From Nitrospirota bacterium (GTDB lineage Bacteria; Nitrospirota; Nitrospiria; Nitrospirales; Nitrospiraceae): a stretch of DNA of 64,000 nt. This document shows, one piece after another, positions 1 through 10,195 of the stretch. Under the pieces are notes generated by a model. It searched no databases, was not told the origin of the DNA, and saw only the letters and a list, made by a program, of their open reading frames with translations. Location of the stretch: assembly GCA_963701855.1 (NCBI GenBank), contig CAVPBK010000004.1, positions 192,001 through 256,000 on the forward strand. Reading direction: 5' to 3'. Position numbers and translations under genes: made by a program. Numbering within the stretch: position 1 is the stretch's first letter; the number at the start of each line of letters is the position of its first letter.

Positions 1-856
1 GGCCAGAGAGCGCCCCGCTCGCGCGGGCGAGGAGGCTGGGGGAAAACTCAAGGACATCCTTCATAATTACCGCGGCTTCCTGTTCCGATAAACGCGAGGC
101 AGGGGCCAAATACCGCTTTTGAGCGATGGCCCGCTCAGCAGAATCTTCCGGTTCGTAATACCCACGGAGAGTTCCTTCTCGATCAGCACGGCTGAGACGA
201 CTCACCCATTCATCCTGACTCTTCCCAGATTTTTGAATCGATTGTCCTGCGCGACTAGTCAATTCCAACTGGTTCCATACAATCCACCCGACAAACACCC
301 CCCATGTTTCGTTGAGAGCTTCCCAGGATTCACGCTCAGTCAGAACCCGCTCCTCAGTTTCACTCTTTCTCTGCACGATCGGTGTGATCAATACCGCTTC
401 ATAATGGCAGCGCTGCTGCGCTCTCGCGAAAGCCAACACTGGATCCGGCACGACTTCGGACGAAGACACAGCCGATGTCACCAGATAGTCGATATAGGCG
501 TGAAACAGTTCGTGATAGAGCGTTTCAATCTCGGCATGGGTGAGCCGCCCGAGCGGACGCAACGTGGCACCCGCTCTATTAAAGGACAGCGCACGATTGA
601 GCACCATCCGATGCTCCCCAGGATGATACTCGGCGGCGTAACTGTGCAAATCGTCGAATTCAAACCGAACGAAGCTCGGTGGGATAGCCCTGAGAAACTT
701 TGTCGGGAGACCCAGAGCATGGGCCTCACTGAGCAACTGTCCCCACATCCGGTCAGCTGACGATCGACGCTCTTCCGACATCCCCACATTCGGCGCGAAA
801 AGAAGTCCGCCCATGAGAAGACCCATCGCGATTACTCTGCACAGCGCACGCATCAT
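1..856 (-). CDS. Secreted putative zinc metallopeptidase (HEXXH), 3' end outside window
   Basis: Absent from the ORF track because it has no stop inside the window. Hand translation from ATG 856 is open to position 1: signal-peptide-like MMRALCRVIAMGLLMGGLLFAPNVGMS, then ...ETLYHELFHAY... (HELFH at 514-500) and a later EALNETWG. Confidence 0.8.
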   Translation of the reverse strand, partial: MMRALCRVIAMGLLMGGLLFAPNVGMSEERRSSADRMWGQLLSEAHALGLPTKFLRAIPPSFVRFEFDDLHSYAAEYHPGEHRMVLNRALSFNRAGATLRPLGRLTHAEIETLYHELFHAYIDYLVTSAVSSSEVVPDPVLAFARAQQRCHYEAVLITPIVQRKSETEERVLTERESWEALNETWGVFVGWIVWNQLELTSRAGQSIQKSGKSQDEWVSRLSRADREGTLRGYYEPEDSAERAIAQKRYLAPASRLSEQEAAVIMKDVLEFSPSLLARASGALSG

Positions 857-913
857 TGATGGAAATCCATTTCGATGCCGGGAGGTTTACGCAGGGGTAT
901 CGCCTCCATCTAG

Positions 914-1240
914 CAGGCTGCGGAAAAACTCAGTTTGTGCTCAAATCGCGCTGTACACTTATCGAATGGCATTGACGCATGAACACCTGGCAGGATGCTC
1001 AAAAAGGCCAGATTTCTCACCCGCCCAACCCTGGCGAGGACCTTCCGCTTTCTTATGTTTTTCTTGGAGGGAGTGGCCAGGGCTGCCCTTTACTGCGCGC
1101 ATCGAACGAGCACCGTTTCACCGTGTGCGTCCTGCGAGCAAGAAGGGCACCTGGCCGCTCCCTCCTCACTCTTTTCAAGCCGCGCGTTGCGCGAGCACGG
1201 GGATCGTCCCAGCTACCCCACCCCCTTTTCCCGCATCCTG
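914..1240. mobile_element. Composite MITE-like repeat flanked by CTAG on both sides
   Basis: CTAG(910-913)-CAGGCTGCGGAAAAA ... TTTTCCCGCATCCTG-CTAG(1241-1244). A second left end CAGGATGCTCAAAAA lies at 991 and an internal hairpin module at 1066-1165. Confidence 0.75.
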
Positions 1241-3262
1241 CTAGCGATCGTCGCGAGAATACCAGTCATGCTGCCCACCTTCCTCCACCAAAACCAGCTG
1301 GTCCAGCAATGCAGGCGAAACATGGTCCAGAAAACGTGACGGCTTCGACAGTACCATGCCACTGCCCCTGTCAAACACATTGATCGGGTAGGTCAAGTAC
1401 AAATGCCGCTTGGCTCTCGTCACGGAAACATAGAACAACCGACGCTCCTCCTCCAACTCCTCATCTTCACTAAACGAATAGACCGATGGGAATCTTCCAT
1501 CCACGATCCAGATGACAAATACACATTGCCATTCAAGCCCCTTGGCAGAGTGGATCGTGGACAACACCAGCCGCTCATCGTCACGATCGGGCGCCTCGGC
1601 ACGGGCAGCATTTCCGTCCGGCGGCTCCAACGCGAGATCGGACAGAAATGTTTCGACCGCTTGATACCCCTCCGCGATCGTCTGCAAATGATCCAAGTCC
1701 CGCGTACGTTTGGGATAGTCGTCGTACTGTTCCTTCAGAATCGGCAGGTAGTACTCATAGATATGACCCACTTGCTCAGCCGGACGAAGATCTCCGGCTC
1801 CGGCAAGGCTTTCGAGTGTCAGGGCTAAATCTTTTAGCCCTTTCCCCGATCGCCCCGGCATTGCGCGAAGGGCGACATAGGGATTATCCGATTTCACGAG
1901 CGCAGCCATGACATCCTGCGCCTTCTTCGGTCCCACCCCTTCGACGAGCATGAGCACTCGATGCCAACTGACTGCATCCAATGGATTGGCCACCACACGC
2001 ATGTGGGCCAACAGATCCTTCACATGCGCAGTCTCGATAAACTTCACCCCGCCGCGCTTGACAAACGGCAGTCCATGACGAGAAAGCTCAATTTCAAGAT
2101 CGAACGAATGAAAGCTCGACCGAAACAACACTGCCATTTCTCCGAGCGGAACCCCTTCCTCCCGCAACTCCAAAATCTTTTGCGCAATGAACCGCGATTG
2201 AGCATTCTCCCCCGCCGCCTCCACCAGAACCGGCAGCGGCCCATCGATCTTCCTTGTAAAGAGATGCTTGCTGTACTTCTCCTTCGCCTCTTCGATAATC
2301 GTATTCGCGAGGTTCAAGATCGGCTGGGTGCTGCGGTAGTTCTCTTCTAGCTTATAGATGGTGGTGCCGGGAAAGAGTGTCGGGAACTCCATGATGTTTT
2401 TGAACGTCGCGCCTCGGAAGGCGTAGATCGACTGCGCGTCGTCGCCAACGACCATCACATTCTGATGGGTGGATGCGAGATGCCTGACGACATCCGCCTG
2501 CAAACGATTGGTATCCTGATACTCATCCACCAGGATATACCGATACAAAGATGAGATGGCCATGCGGCTTACTTCATCCTCCATCAAAAGTCGCCGCAGC
2601 AACACCAGTAGATCGTCATAATCCACCAGTTGACGCTGACGCTTCGACGTCTGATATCCCCGCTGTAACTGTTCCAATGCATCGAGATGGTCGGAAAAAT
2701 GATCGAACTCTTCGACCACGATCTCGTCGAGCGGACGTAACGTATTCTCGGACTTGCTGAACATCTCCGCGATCGTGCCCTTGCGGGGAAACCGTTTATC
2801 CTTTTCGTTCAAACCCAGCTGCGCACGAACCAAGGCGATCAAGTCTTCAGCGTCGCCCCGATCGAGGATCGTGAAGCCCGGCTCAAGACCGATAGACCGG
2901 CCATAGCGCCGGAGCAACATATTGGCCACAGAGTGGAACGTGCCGCCACGGACACGTTCGCTGCGGACGCCGATCAATTCACCGGCTCGATCGAGCATTT
3001 CCTGCGATGATTTTCGCGTAAAGGTCAGGAGCAGAATCTGAGAAGGATCGATCCCCGAATCGATCAGATACGCCACGCGATAGACCAAGGTGCGCGTCTT
3101 GCCGCTGCCAGCGCCGGCAATGACCAGCGATGGCCCTTCGCCCGCAGTCACCGCCGCAAGCTGCTGGCTATTCAATGCCGCCACATAGTCAATGGAGAGC
3201 TTCCGGGAAGCGGCCTCGTCAACGGGGCGCTTCAGCACATAGGTTTTCGTTTCTTGTTCCAT
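1241..3262 (-). CDS. UvrD/PcrA/Rep-family ATP-dependent DNA helicase
   Basis: SF1 motifs AGAGSGKT, LVDEYQD, VGDDAQSIY, ENYRS, STIHSAKGLEW, EERRLFYVSVTRA. Start taken at MEQETK (3262); the ORF-track extension to 3394 runs into a repeat. Confidence 0.95.
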   Translation of the reverse strand: MEQETKTYVLKRPVDEAASRKLSIDYVAALNSQQLAAVTAGEGPSLVIAGAGSGKTRTLVYRVAYLIDSGIDPSQILLLTFTRKSSQEMLDRAGELIGVRSERVRGGTFHSVANMLLRRYGRSIGLEPGFTILDRGDAEDLIALVRAQLGLNEKDKRFPRKGTIAEMFSKSENTLRPLDEIVVEEFDHFSDHLDALEQLQRGYQTSKRQRQLVDYDDLLVLLRRLLMEDEVSRMAISSLYRYILVDEYQDTNRLQADVVRHLASTHQNVMVVGDDAQSIYAFRGATFKNIMEFPTLFPGTTIYKLEENYRSTQPILNLANTIIEEAKEKYSKHLFTRKIDGPLPVLVEAAGENAQSRFIAQKILELREEGVPLGEMAVLFRSSFHSFDLEIELSRHGLPFVKRGGVKFIETAHVKDLLAHMRVVANPLDAVSWHRVLMLVEGVGPKKAQDVMAALVKSDNPYVALRAMPGRSGKGLKDLALTLESLAGAGDLRPAEQVGHIYEYYLPILKEQYDDYPKRTRDLDHLQTIAEGYQAVETFLSDLALEPPDGNAARAEAPDRDDERLVLSTIHSAKGLEWQCVFVIWIVDGRFPSVYSFSEDEELEEERRLFYVSVTRAKRHLYLTYPINVFDRGSGMVLSKPSRFLDHVSPALLDQLVLVEEGGQHDWYSRDDR

Positions 3263-3349
3263 AGAGATGCGCGAAAGAGTTGTTGGGCAGTCCGGTCGTT
3301 CAGGGGAAGCGCTGTATAACATACTCTCCGACGCCCTTTCAAAGAGAAG

Positions 3350-3646
3350 GGGAACGGAGCGGCCAGGTGCCCTCCGTGCTCGCAGAACGCGCACGGTGAA
3401 ACGGTGCTCGTTCGATGCGCGCAGTTGAGGGCAGGCTTGGCCACTCCTCTAAAAAGATGGAAAGAGAGAGGAAGGCCCTCGCCAGGGTAACTGGCACGTC
3501 TCGGCGTGCCAATGGGTGGGTGAGTGAGAAAGTCGCGCGCAGTAGAAGATCAATCAGCCCCCATCCCTGAAGAGACAACGAGCGAGCTTGGAAGAAACAT
3601 GTATATCGTTCGACACGCGCAATCGAGGATCGACTAGGCCATCCTG
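3350..3646 (-). repeat. Modular structured repeat (mosaic of modules also seen at 1010-1165, 4800-4922 and 5240-5500)
   Basis: The reverse complement of about 3356-3446 closely matches 1071-1161, and that of about 3534-3612 matches 5361-5440. Confidence 0.85.
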
Positions 3647-3994
3647 AAGGGAGCAAGTGGATGAAAAACCATAGCGCTCATGAGTGTCATTGCACGGCAG
3701 CCCAGAAACTTACCCCGCTTTGCCTACCAGAAAATAGCGAAGGGAGCGAGATGTGAAACCCCCGATGCCACAGAGACTATAAAGCCTGATCTTACCGCAT
3801 CGGTTCTATCTCAATCATTTACGAAGGCCAGAGGCAGATAAAAGACCGATCAAACCAGATTGGGCACGATGGTTCCGCTACAGTTAAGCTACAGAAATCC
3901 TATGACGTGAGAGTGCCTCATCCACTATTTCCAACCAGGCTCTACTCGATATGCGCCAACTCGCTCCACCCATTTCCCCATCCTTGCCATCGAT

Positions 3995-4324
3995 TCATCT
4001 CTTCCTCTTCGGATCAATGTGCTTCGTCCATTCATTCATCGTTGTGACCGGATGAATGCTCCCGGTTTGGGTCGGGGCCAACGGCTCGAAAAACTCCAGT
4101 ATGGATTGATAGTCTTTAGCCTGGAGAGTGATGTAGTAGGTATGTTCCGTGACTGCCACATAGGCGCTCAGGATCTTGATTCCTTTCTTTGCGGCGAGAT
4201 CCCGCTTTGCCCAAAATTCATTGAGCATGGTAGCGCCTTCCTTGCTTCTTCCGGGGCAATTCTCAGGTGTGTGCGTCCAATGGGCTACAAAGATCATTCC
4301 GTCGTCATCCATCCTCGCCTCCAT
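3995..4324 (-). CDS. Hypothetical protein, DUF3303/GYD-like small domain
   Basis: 109-aa ORF with HTPENCP and EHTYY patterns. GGAGG before the ATG at 4312 suggests a slightly later start. Confidence 0.6.
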   Translation of the reverse strand: MEARMDDDGMIFVAHWTHTPENCPGRSKEGATMLNEFWAKRDLAAKKGIKILSAYVAVTEHTYYITLQAKDYQSILEFFEPLAPTQTGSIHPVTTMNEWTKHIDPKRKR

Positions 4325-4828
4325 CTGTTTGGAATTAAGTGTCGCGACTTCCCCCTCGACGCAAGCGCCATGCTATTCCAATATTGCCACAAACCAGAGA
4401 AGACACGCTGAGAAAAATCGCCACGATCAAACGGAGTGGAACGAATGTTTGTCCAAAGTAGGGGGAACTGGCAGAGGAATGCTGCCTCAGTATCAGACTT
4501 ATGCAGGGGGTAAATAGCTACAGCATCTGGCTCTGTGTTTCATCGTATTATTCACGCGAGGAGGCCGAAGGATTGCGTATTGCCTATTCGCAGCGCTCCT
4601 GAGCTTCCTGTTTTCATTCTGGAAGTCTTCAACCTGTGGCTGAATTGTGGCTGATTTGAACGTGGGTGGAGCGCTCACGAGTTTCACTGCTTGACCTGCC
4701 AAGGGAAGATAACGGTATCAAGAATCATATTCGCCAAAACTTACAGCCGTCAATTCAAACAATGCTGACACCTTTTTATTCCCTTGCTACCAATGATCCC
4801 TCCAAGCTCACTCGTTACCTTCTTTCAA

Positions 4829-4922
4829 GGGGTGGCCTGGCTGGTCCTCAACTGCGCACATCGAACGACTACTGCTTCATCGTGGTGGTTCCGTGAGCAC
4901 GGGGGACCAACCAGGCCACCCC
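4829..4922 (+). repeat. Hairpin repeat module (21-bp stem around an ACTGCG...GAGCAC core)
   Basis: GGGGTGGCCTGGCTGGTCCTC pairs with GGGGACCAACCAGGCCACCCC; the enclosed core is similar to 1092-1140. Confidence 0.85.
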
Positions 4923-4931
4923 TCCCCCCTT

Positions 4932-5186
4932 CTACTGCGTCGATTCCTTGCTCTGAGCGGCTGTCTGCTCAGCCGATTGCTCCAATGTACTTTCCACCTG
5001 ACGGGCCTTATCCATCGGAGTCTTTATCGCATCCATCGTAGCCTGCCCTGCTGCCTGCGTTGCCGCATTGCCGGACGCAGCCGCAGCCTTCGTCTTTTCA
5101 ATCGGCGTCTCCTGACTACAACCGAATAGCCCCATCACCGATAGCAACCCGACAACGAATAGAACACCGCTTTTAGATTTCTTCAT
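4932..5186 (-). CDS. Small lipoprotein
   Basis: Basic N-terminus, hydrophobic stretch and lipobox-like LFGC; GAGGAG RBS upstream. Confidence 0.8.
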   Translation of the reverse strand: MKKSKSGVLFVVGLLSVMGLFGCSQETPIEKTKAAAASGNAATQAAGQATMDAIKTPMDKARQVESTLEQSAEQTAAQSKESTQ

Positions 5187-5224
5187 CGCAATCTCCTCAT
5201 CTCACAATTCAACATTGAACGTCG

Positions 5225-5523
5225 CAGGATGCTCAAAAAGACCAGATATTCCACCCACCTAACCCTGGCGCGCCGAGACGCGCCCTGTCCCAAACAAGGC
5301 CGCAGCGCGCTACCACTCTATAATTAAGGGATGGCTCGACTGAATCCCCCACCTCACGCATCGAGCGATATACATGCTCCCTCCAAGCTTGCTCGTTCTC
5401 TCTCAAGGGATGGGGGCTGATTGATCTTCCACTGCGCGCGTCCAATCGAGGGCCTTCTCAGGCCGCGCGTTGCGCGAGCACAGAAGATCATCAGGCTCCA
5501 TCCCCTCCTTTTTCAGCATCCTG
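5225..5523. mobile_element. MITE-like repeat of the same terminal-repeat family
   Basis: CAGGATGCTCAAAAA ... TTTTTCAGCATCCTG, with an internal hairpin module at about 5407-5504. Confidence 0.8.
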
Positions 5524-5633
5524 CTAAGCAATCGTACCCGCGAGGCACCGAACGGACAAGACATTGCTGAAACAACCTCTTTGATCGCCGAGCCTGTCTC
5601 CGTTATAATCCCGCCACTGAAGAGGAGACCCCT

Positions 5634-6491
5634 ATGGCAACCGCCAACCAAGAACAACTATCGCAACTTCGCCAGCTTGCCGAGCTCATACTCGCTGTTG
5701 CGGGAGAATCCGTGACGGTTATGAAACGGACCGCCCCGGAGCGGGCTTTGAAATTGAAACGACAGGATGAGTGGAGCCTCTACCTTGAATTTCTCAAGGT
5801 CATGTTCAATCTCACCGACCGGCTCTCCGCCCTGTATCTGCCGGTCAAAGCACAACCCCAGTTCATGGACAATCTCGAGGACGCCGTCACCCTGCAATTG
5901 AAGAACGTACTCGAACCGGCATTCGGTTCCGGCATCGATCAAACAGAAATTATGCTCACCGTCGGCGCAGCGGTGGCAGAAAGTCGGCAGACCTATGAGC
6001 AGTACAGGTTTCTTGTCACCGAAAATAATTCCGTGAAGGACGAGATGTTGAAAGACTTTGGTGGACGAGTCGCCGACACGATGGGAATCGCAGGAAACGC
6101 GCAGGTCTCCTCCGCCGCAATGCTCTGCGCGAGCGCCGTGATTCCCGCTATCAAGGCGATCTTGGCTGGAGACGAGCCGCCAGCCGCCGTGGTCAGTACA
6201 GCCACCCCAGCGACCAATACAACGTCCGCGTCACCACCCACCGAAACGCCTAAACCTCAAGGTCCGACGGGAACCGAAATTAAGCTGTTGAGTGTGATGT
6301 CAACCGTCACCGGAGAAGAAGTGGAAACCCGATGGGGGTTGCACCCTCGATTTCGGCAAGACCTTCCCCTGGAGGACATGCAACAAGTCGCCAAACTGAT
6401 GAACCGAGTTGCTAAAATACTTGGCGAACGGTATGCCTCCGTGGCATTCTCAGACGAATGGACATCCTGGCATAAGGCCGGTCACGCGTGA
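5634..6491 (+). CDS. Hypothetical protein
   Basis: 285-aa ORF with GAGGAG RBS and a Pro/Thr-rich linker; directly upstream of glgP. Confidence 0.8.
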   Translation: MATANQEQLSQLRQLAELILAVAGESVTVMKRTAPERALKLKRQDEWSLYLEFLKVMFNLTDRLSALYLPVKAQPQFMDNLEDAVTLQLKNVLEPAFGSGIDQTEIMLTVGAAVAESRQTYEQYRFLVTENNSVKDEMLKDFGGRVADTMGIAGNAQVSSAAMLCASAVIPAIKAILAGDEPPAAVVSTATPATNTTSASPPTETPKPQGPTGTEIKLLSVMSTVTGEEVETRWGLHPRFRQDLPLEDMQQVAKLMNRVAKILGERYASVAFSDEWTSWHKAGHA

Positions 6492-6565
6492 TCGCTCTCG
6501 CCAATCGAGCTTAAGCCGTTCCCACACGACAACGCCGACTTCGATATCAGCAACGAGGAGGTGCA

Positions 6566-8725
6566 GTGGATACTTCGCAAACAGCAACTGGTCTACCGAA
6601 TGGCATTCCATCCGGTCTCTCCCGTCTCATGGAATTGGCACATAACCTTTGGTGGAGTTGGACTCCGGAGGCCCGTCGGCTGTTTGAATACATCGATCCG
6701 ACCCTCTGGGAACTGACCCATCACAACCCCGTCGAACAACTGGCCAAAGTCAGGCCAGACCGGCTCATGCACCTCACCCAAGATCCCTCGTATATGCGGT
6801 TGTACTCTGCCGCCCTCAAGATATTCGACGAGTACCTTCAGAACAAACACAGTTGGTTTAAAACACAGCACGGCGATTTGAAAGCCCCCACCATCGCCTA
6901 CTTCTCTGCGGAATTTGGTCTGCATAGGTCCATCCCTATCTACAGCGGTGGTCTGGGCATTCTTGCCGGGGACCATTGTAAGGAAGCCAGTGATCTGGGT
7001 GTGCCCCTAGTGGGAATCGGATTCATGTATCCACAAGGATATTTTCGGCAGCGGATCACGCCGGAGGGATGGCAGGAGGCGGCCTATGCTCCGTTCAAAC
7101 AAGCAGAATCGCCGATTCATCCCGCCCTCACTCCATCAGGAAACGCATGCAGGATTACGGTCGAGATCGGTAGCCGGGTCGTCACTGCAGCAGTCTGGAA
7201 AGTGCTCGCCGGACGGGTGCCCCTCTACCTCATCGATACAGACGTCCCCGAGAACAGTCCGGAGAATCGGGCTCTTTCAGCTCGACTGTATGGCGGCGAT
7301 CAGGAGATGCGCCTCTGTCAGGAATATCTGTTGGGTATCGGCGGTGTCCGTATGCTTCGTGCATTGGGCATCGCACCGACGGTCTGGCATGCCAATGAGG
7401 GCCACTCCTCCTTCCTCACATTGGAGCGCGTTCGCGAATTGATCCAGAAGGGATCGACGCACGCGGACGCCTGCGAAACGGTCCGCCAGAGCACGGTGTT
7501 TACCACCCATACACCAGTGCCAGCTGGTCACGACGTGTTTCCCCACCATCTCATGGACCGGTACTTTACCGGCTATTGGGAGCAATTGGGCCTCTCGCGA
7601 GAAGATTTCCTCCGCCTAGGCGATACCCCAGAATCCCAGGGGCAAGGCTTCAACATGACGGCGCTCGCTCTCCGGCTGGCCGCCCATGTGAACGGGGTCA
7701 GCCGTGAACACGGGCAGGTCTCACGAGAGATGTGGCACCATATGTGGCCCGGACTACCGACCGAGCAAGTCCCGATCCACAGCGTGACCAATGGCATTCA
7801 TGCGCCGACCTGGATCGCGCCGGACCTCAACCAACTATACGGCAAGCATCTCGGCCCGGAATGGACGGAGAAATGCGACGACACGGCGATGTGGCAACGA
7901 GTCCTGGATATCCCCGACCAAGAACTCTGGGCCGTACGCCAAACCATGAAACGTAAACTCATGAGCTTCATCCGGGAACGTGCCAGGAGCGGGTGGATGC
8001 AGGGGCATCTCCAAGCCTCGCAGGTCATATCGCGAGGCACGCTGCTAGACCCCGAAGCACTCACCATCGGCTTCGCCAGGCGATTTGCCACCTACAAGCG
8101 GGCCACCTTGTTGTTCCGCGACCTCGAACGGCTGAAACAGATACTCCATAACCAGTGGCGTCCCGTCCAACTGATCTTTGCCGGCAAGGCCCACCCGGCT
8201 GATGAACCCGGCCGCTATTTCATTCATGAAGTGGTGAGCTTTTGCGACGACCATAAGTTGGGCGGCCACGTGGCGTTCATAGAAAACTATGATATGCACA
8301 TGGCGAAGTATCTCGTCCAAGGAGTCGACATTTGGCTTAACACGCCGCGCTTTCCCTTGGAGGCGAGCGGAACGAGCGGGCAAAAAGCCGCGCTCAATGG
8401 TGTCATTAATCTCAGCGTCCTCGATGGATGGTGGAAAGAAGGCTACAACGGAGCCAACGGATGGGGCATTGAACCCTTAGTCGGGAGCCAGGACATTCAG
8501 GCCCAGGACGAGCATGACGCGCAGCAACTCTACCGCATGCTGGAGCAAGAAGCCATTCCCCTCTACTATCAACGAGACCTTGATGGAATACCTCGCGGCT
8601 GGGTGCAACTCATGAAGGAAAGCCTCAGAACCAATGCTCCCCGCTTCTGCACCAAACGGATGGTCAAGGAATACGTCGACACAATGTATGCGCCCGCCAT
8701 GGTCATCGCGCCGTCGACATGGTAA
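6566..8725 (+). CDS. glgP: Alpha-glucan (glycogen) phosphorylase
   Basis: YFSAEFG, YSGGLGILAGD, GFARRFATYKR and the PLP-lysine motif EASGTSGQK; GTG start with GAGGAGG RBS. Confidence 0.95.
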   Translation: MDTSQTATGLPNGIPSGLSRLMELAHNLWWSWTPEARRLFEYIDPTLWELTHHNPVEQLAKVRPDRLMHLTQDPSYMRLYSAALKIFDEYLQNKHSWFKTQHGDLKAPTIAYFSAEFGLHRSIPIYSGGLGILAGDHCKEASDLGVPLVGIGFMYPQGYFRQRITPEGWQEAAYAPFKQAESPIHPALTPSGNACRITVEIGSRVVTAAVWKVLAGRVPLYLIDTDVPENSPENRALSARLYGGDQEMRLCQEYLLGIGGVRMLRALGIAPTVWHANEGHSSFLTLERVRELIQKGSTHADACETVRQSTVFTTHTPVPAGHDVFPHHLMDRYFTGYWEQLGLSREDFLRLGDTPESQGQGFNMTALALRLAAHVNGVSREHGQVSREMWHHMWPGLPTEQVPIHSVTNGIHAPTWIAPDLNQLYGKHLGPEWTEKCDDTAMWQRVLDIPDQELWAVRQTMKRKLMSFIRERARSGWMQGHLQASQVISRGTLLDPEALTIGFARRFATYKRATLLFRDLERLKQILHNQWRPVQLIFAGKAHPADEPGRYFIHEVVSFCDDHKLGGHVAFIENYDMHMAKYLVQGVDIWLNTPRFPLEASGTSGQKAALNGVINLSVLDGWWKEGYNGANGWGIEPLVGSQDIQAQDEHDAQQLYRMLEQEAIPLYYQRDLDGIPRGWVQLMKESLRTNAPRFCTKRMVKEYVDTMYAPAMVIAPSTW

Positions 8726-8743
8726 CGGGCCGTCCGGCGATTC

Positions 8744-10195
8744 GTGAAACGTGAAACGTTAGACGTGAAAAGTTTCAAAGGGAATTGCTGCGCTGCCACA
8801 GCACACCTACAAGTGCTCCTGCTGCTCACACTTGTCTCAACTCTCGTAAGCCCGCTCCTTGCAAACGCAGGTGCGCCAACGGCACAGGCCGGCTCAGCTC
8901 TCGAACGTGAGGCCGCGAACGCCTTCAACCGTGCCGAATACGACCAAGTGTTAAAGCTCTGGTACTCGCTTCCACCCGAGACCACGGCATCGAAGCCGCT
9001 CATTCAACTCGCCTTCCAGAGCGCCCTCAAGCTAGGGCGGCCGGAAGAAGCCCTCACGCTCTATCAACGGCTAGTCCCTGCAGATCGGCCGGATGATCCA
9101 GCCCTCTTACGCTCATTGGCACTTAGCTTTCTGACCAGCCATGTCCGCGACTCACAAGAACATGTGCGGATCGCGGCCTATACGATGCTGGCTGAACTCG
9201 GCCTCGCAGAAACACAGGCCGTCCTGGAAGACGGGTTGCTCGATACATCGGTCCTGGTGCGGGCTCGTGCCGCGGACGCCATCGGGAAAGCCGGACTCGC
9301 AGGGAGGTCCGGCCCCTTGCGACGAGCCCTCAACGACGCGATGCCGGCCGTACGAATTGCCGCAATGAACGCGCTCAGTGGGGCCAACGTCACTGACATC
9401 AAGCCCTATCTCACCGAGGTCGCAAGAACGGACGACGGACCGGAAGCCGTGTTCGCCTGTGCAGCACTGTACAGGCTCGGCAGGCAGGACATGCTGACCG
9501 ACATCACCGGAGCAGCGACGCTGCCGGACCCCGATGTCCGCATGGCAGCCCTGGGGGTATTGGGGCGGCTGAAGCGCCCATCGAGTCTATCGGTCCTGAG
9601 CCAAGCCGTGTACGACCCGGAGCCGTCTGTTCGCGCATTTGCCGCCGGCGCATTGGGAGACTATGGACAAGCCGGTGGCGTCGCGCCTCTCACCCATGCC
9701 CTGGGGGACGAAAGTGCGCGCGTGCGCGCGGTGGCAGCCATAAGTCTTGGGCGGCTAGGAATTCGCGAAAACCATCCGTTACTGCAAGCGCTCACACGCG
9801 ATGCCAATATGCAGGTACGGACCAGCGCAGTGGAAGGATTGCTTCGACTGGGCGACATATCGGCTATCTCACTTGCCACGGACTTGGCGAGACACCCGGA
9901 TCCATCTATACGCGCCGCTGTAGCCCATGCATTAGCCGCGACGTCCGACAAGCAAGCGGTGGCAATTTTACAGACGCTCCTGCAAGACCAGCAACCACAA
10001 CCACGTCTCTTCGCGACGAAAGCTCTAGGCACGAGCGACGCACCGGTGACGCCGTTGCTCAAAAAATGCCTGCAAGACTCAGATGTCGCCATTCGCCTTG
10101 CTGCGGCAGGAAGTCTGCTCCAACAGCTCCACCGTTCTGAAACGGTTCCTAGCAGGCTGCGGAAAAATAATGTCGGCATAACAGAACATCGATAA
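8744..10195 (+). CDS. Secreted HEAT-repeat protein (start uncertain)
   Basis: Many D..VR.AAA.ALG repeats and a signal-like hydrophobic segment; the last ~14 codons lie inside a repeat end. Confidence 0.85.
   Translation: MKRETLDVKSFKGNCCAATAHLQVLLLLTLVSTLVSPLLANAGAPTAQAGSALEREAANAFNRAEYDQVLKLWYSLPPETTASKPLIQLAFQSALKLGRPEEALTLYQRLVPADRPDDPALLRSLALSFLTSHVRDSQEHVRIAAYTMLAELGLAETQAVLEDGLLDTSVLVRARAADAIGKAGLAGRSGPLRRALNDAMPAVRIAAMNALSGANVTDIKPYLTEVARTDDGPEAVFACAALYRLGRQDMLTDITGAATLPDPDVRMAALGVLGRLKRPSSLSVLSQAVYDPEPSVRAFAAGALGDYGQAGGVAPLTHALGDESARVRAVAAISLGRLGIRENHPLLQALTRDANMQVRTSAVEGLLRLGDISAISLATDLARHPDPSIRAAVAHALAATSDKQAVAILQTLLQDQQPQPRLFATKALGTSDAPVTPLLKKCLQDSDVAIRLAAAGSLLQQLHRSETVPSRLRKNNVGITEHR

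Noticed and set aside
119..760. 213-aa + strand ORF
   Set aside because: Antisense shadow of the better-supported - strand HEXXH gene.
813..1383. ORFs over repeat elements (also 3232-3656, 5233-5715, 10149-10400, 15803-16012, 17428-17811, 23571-23936)
   Set aside because: They are translations of the non-coding repeat family, with recurring peptides such as RMLKK and ARIERAPFHR and no independent gene signals.
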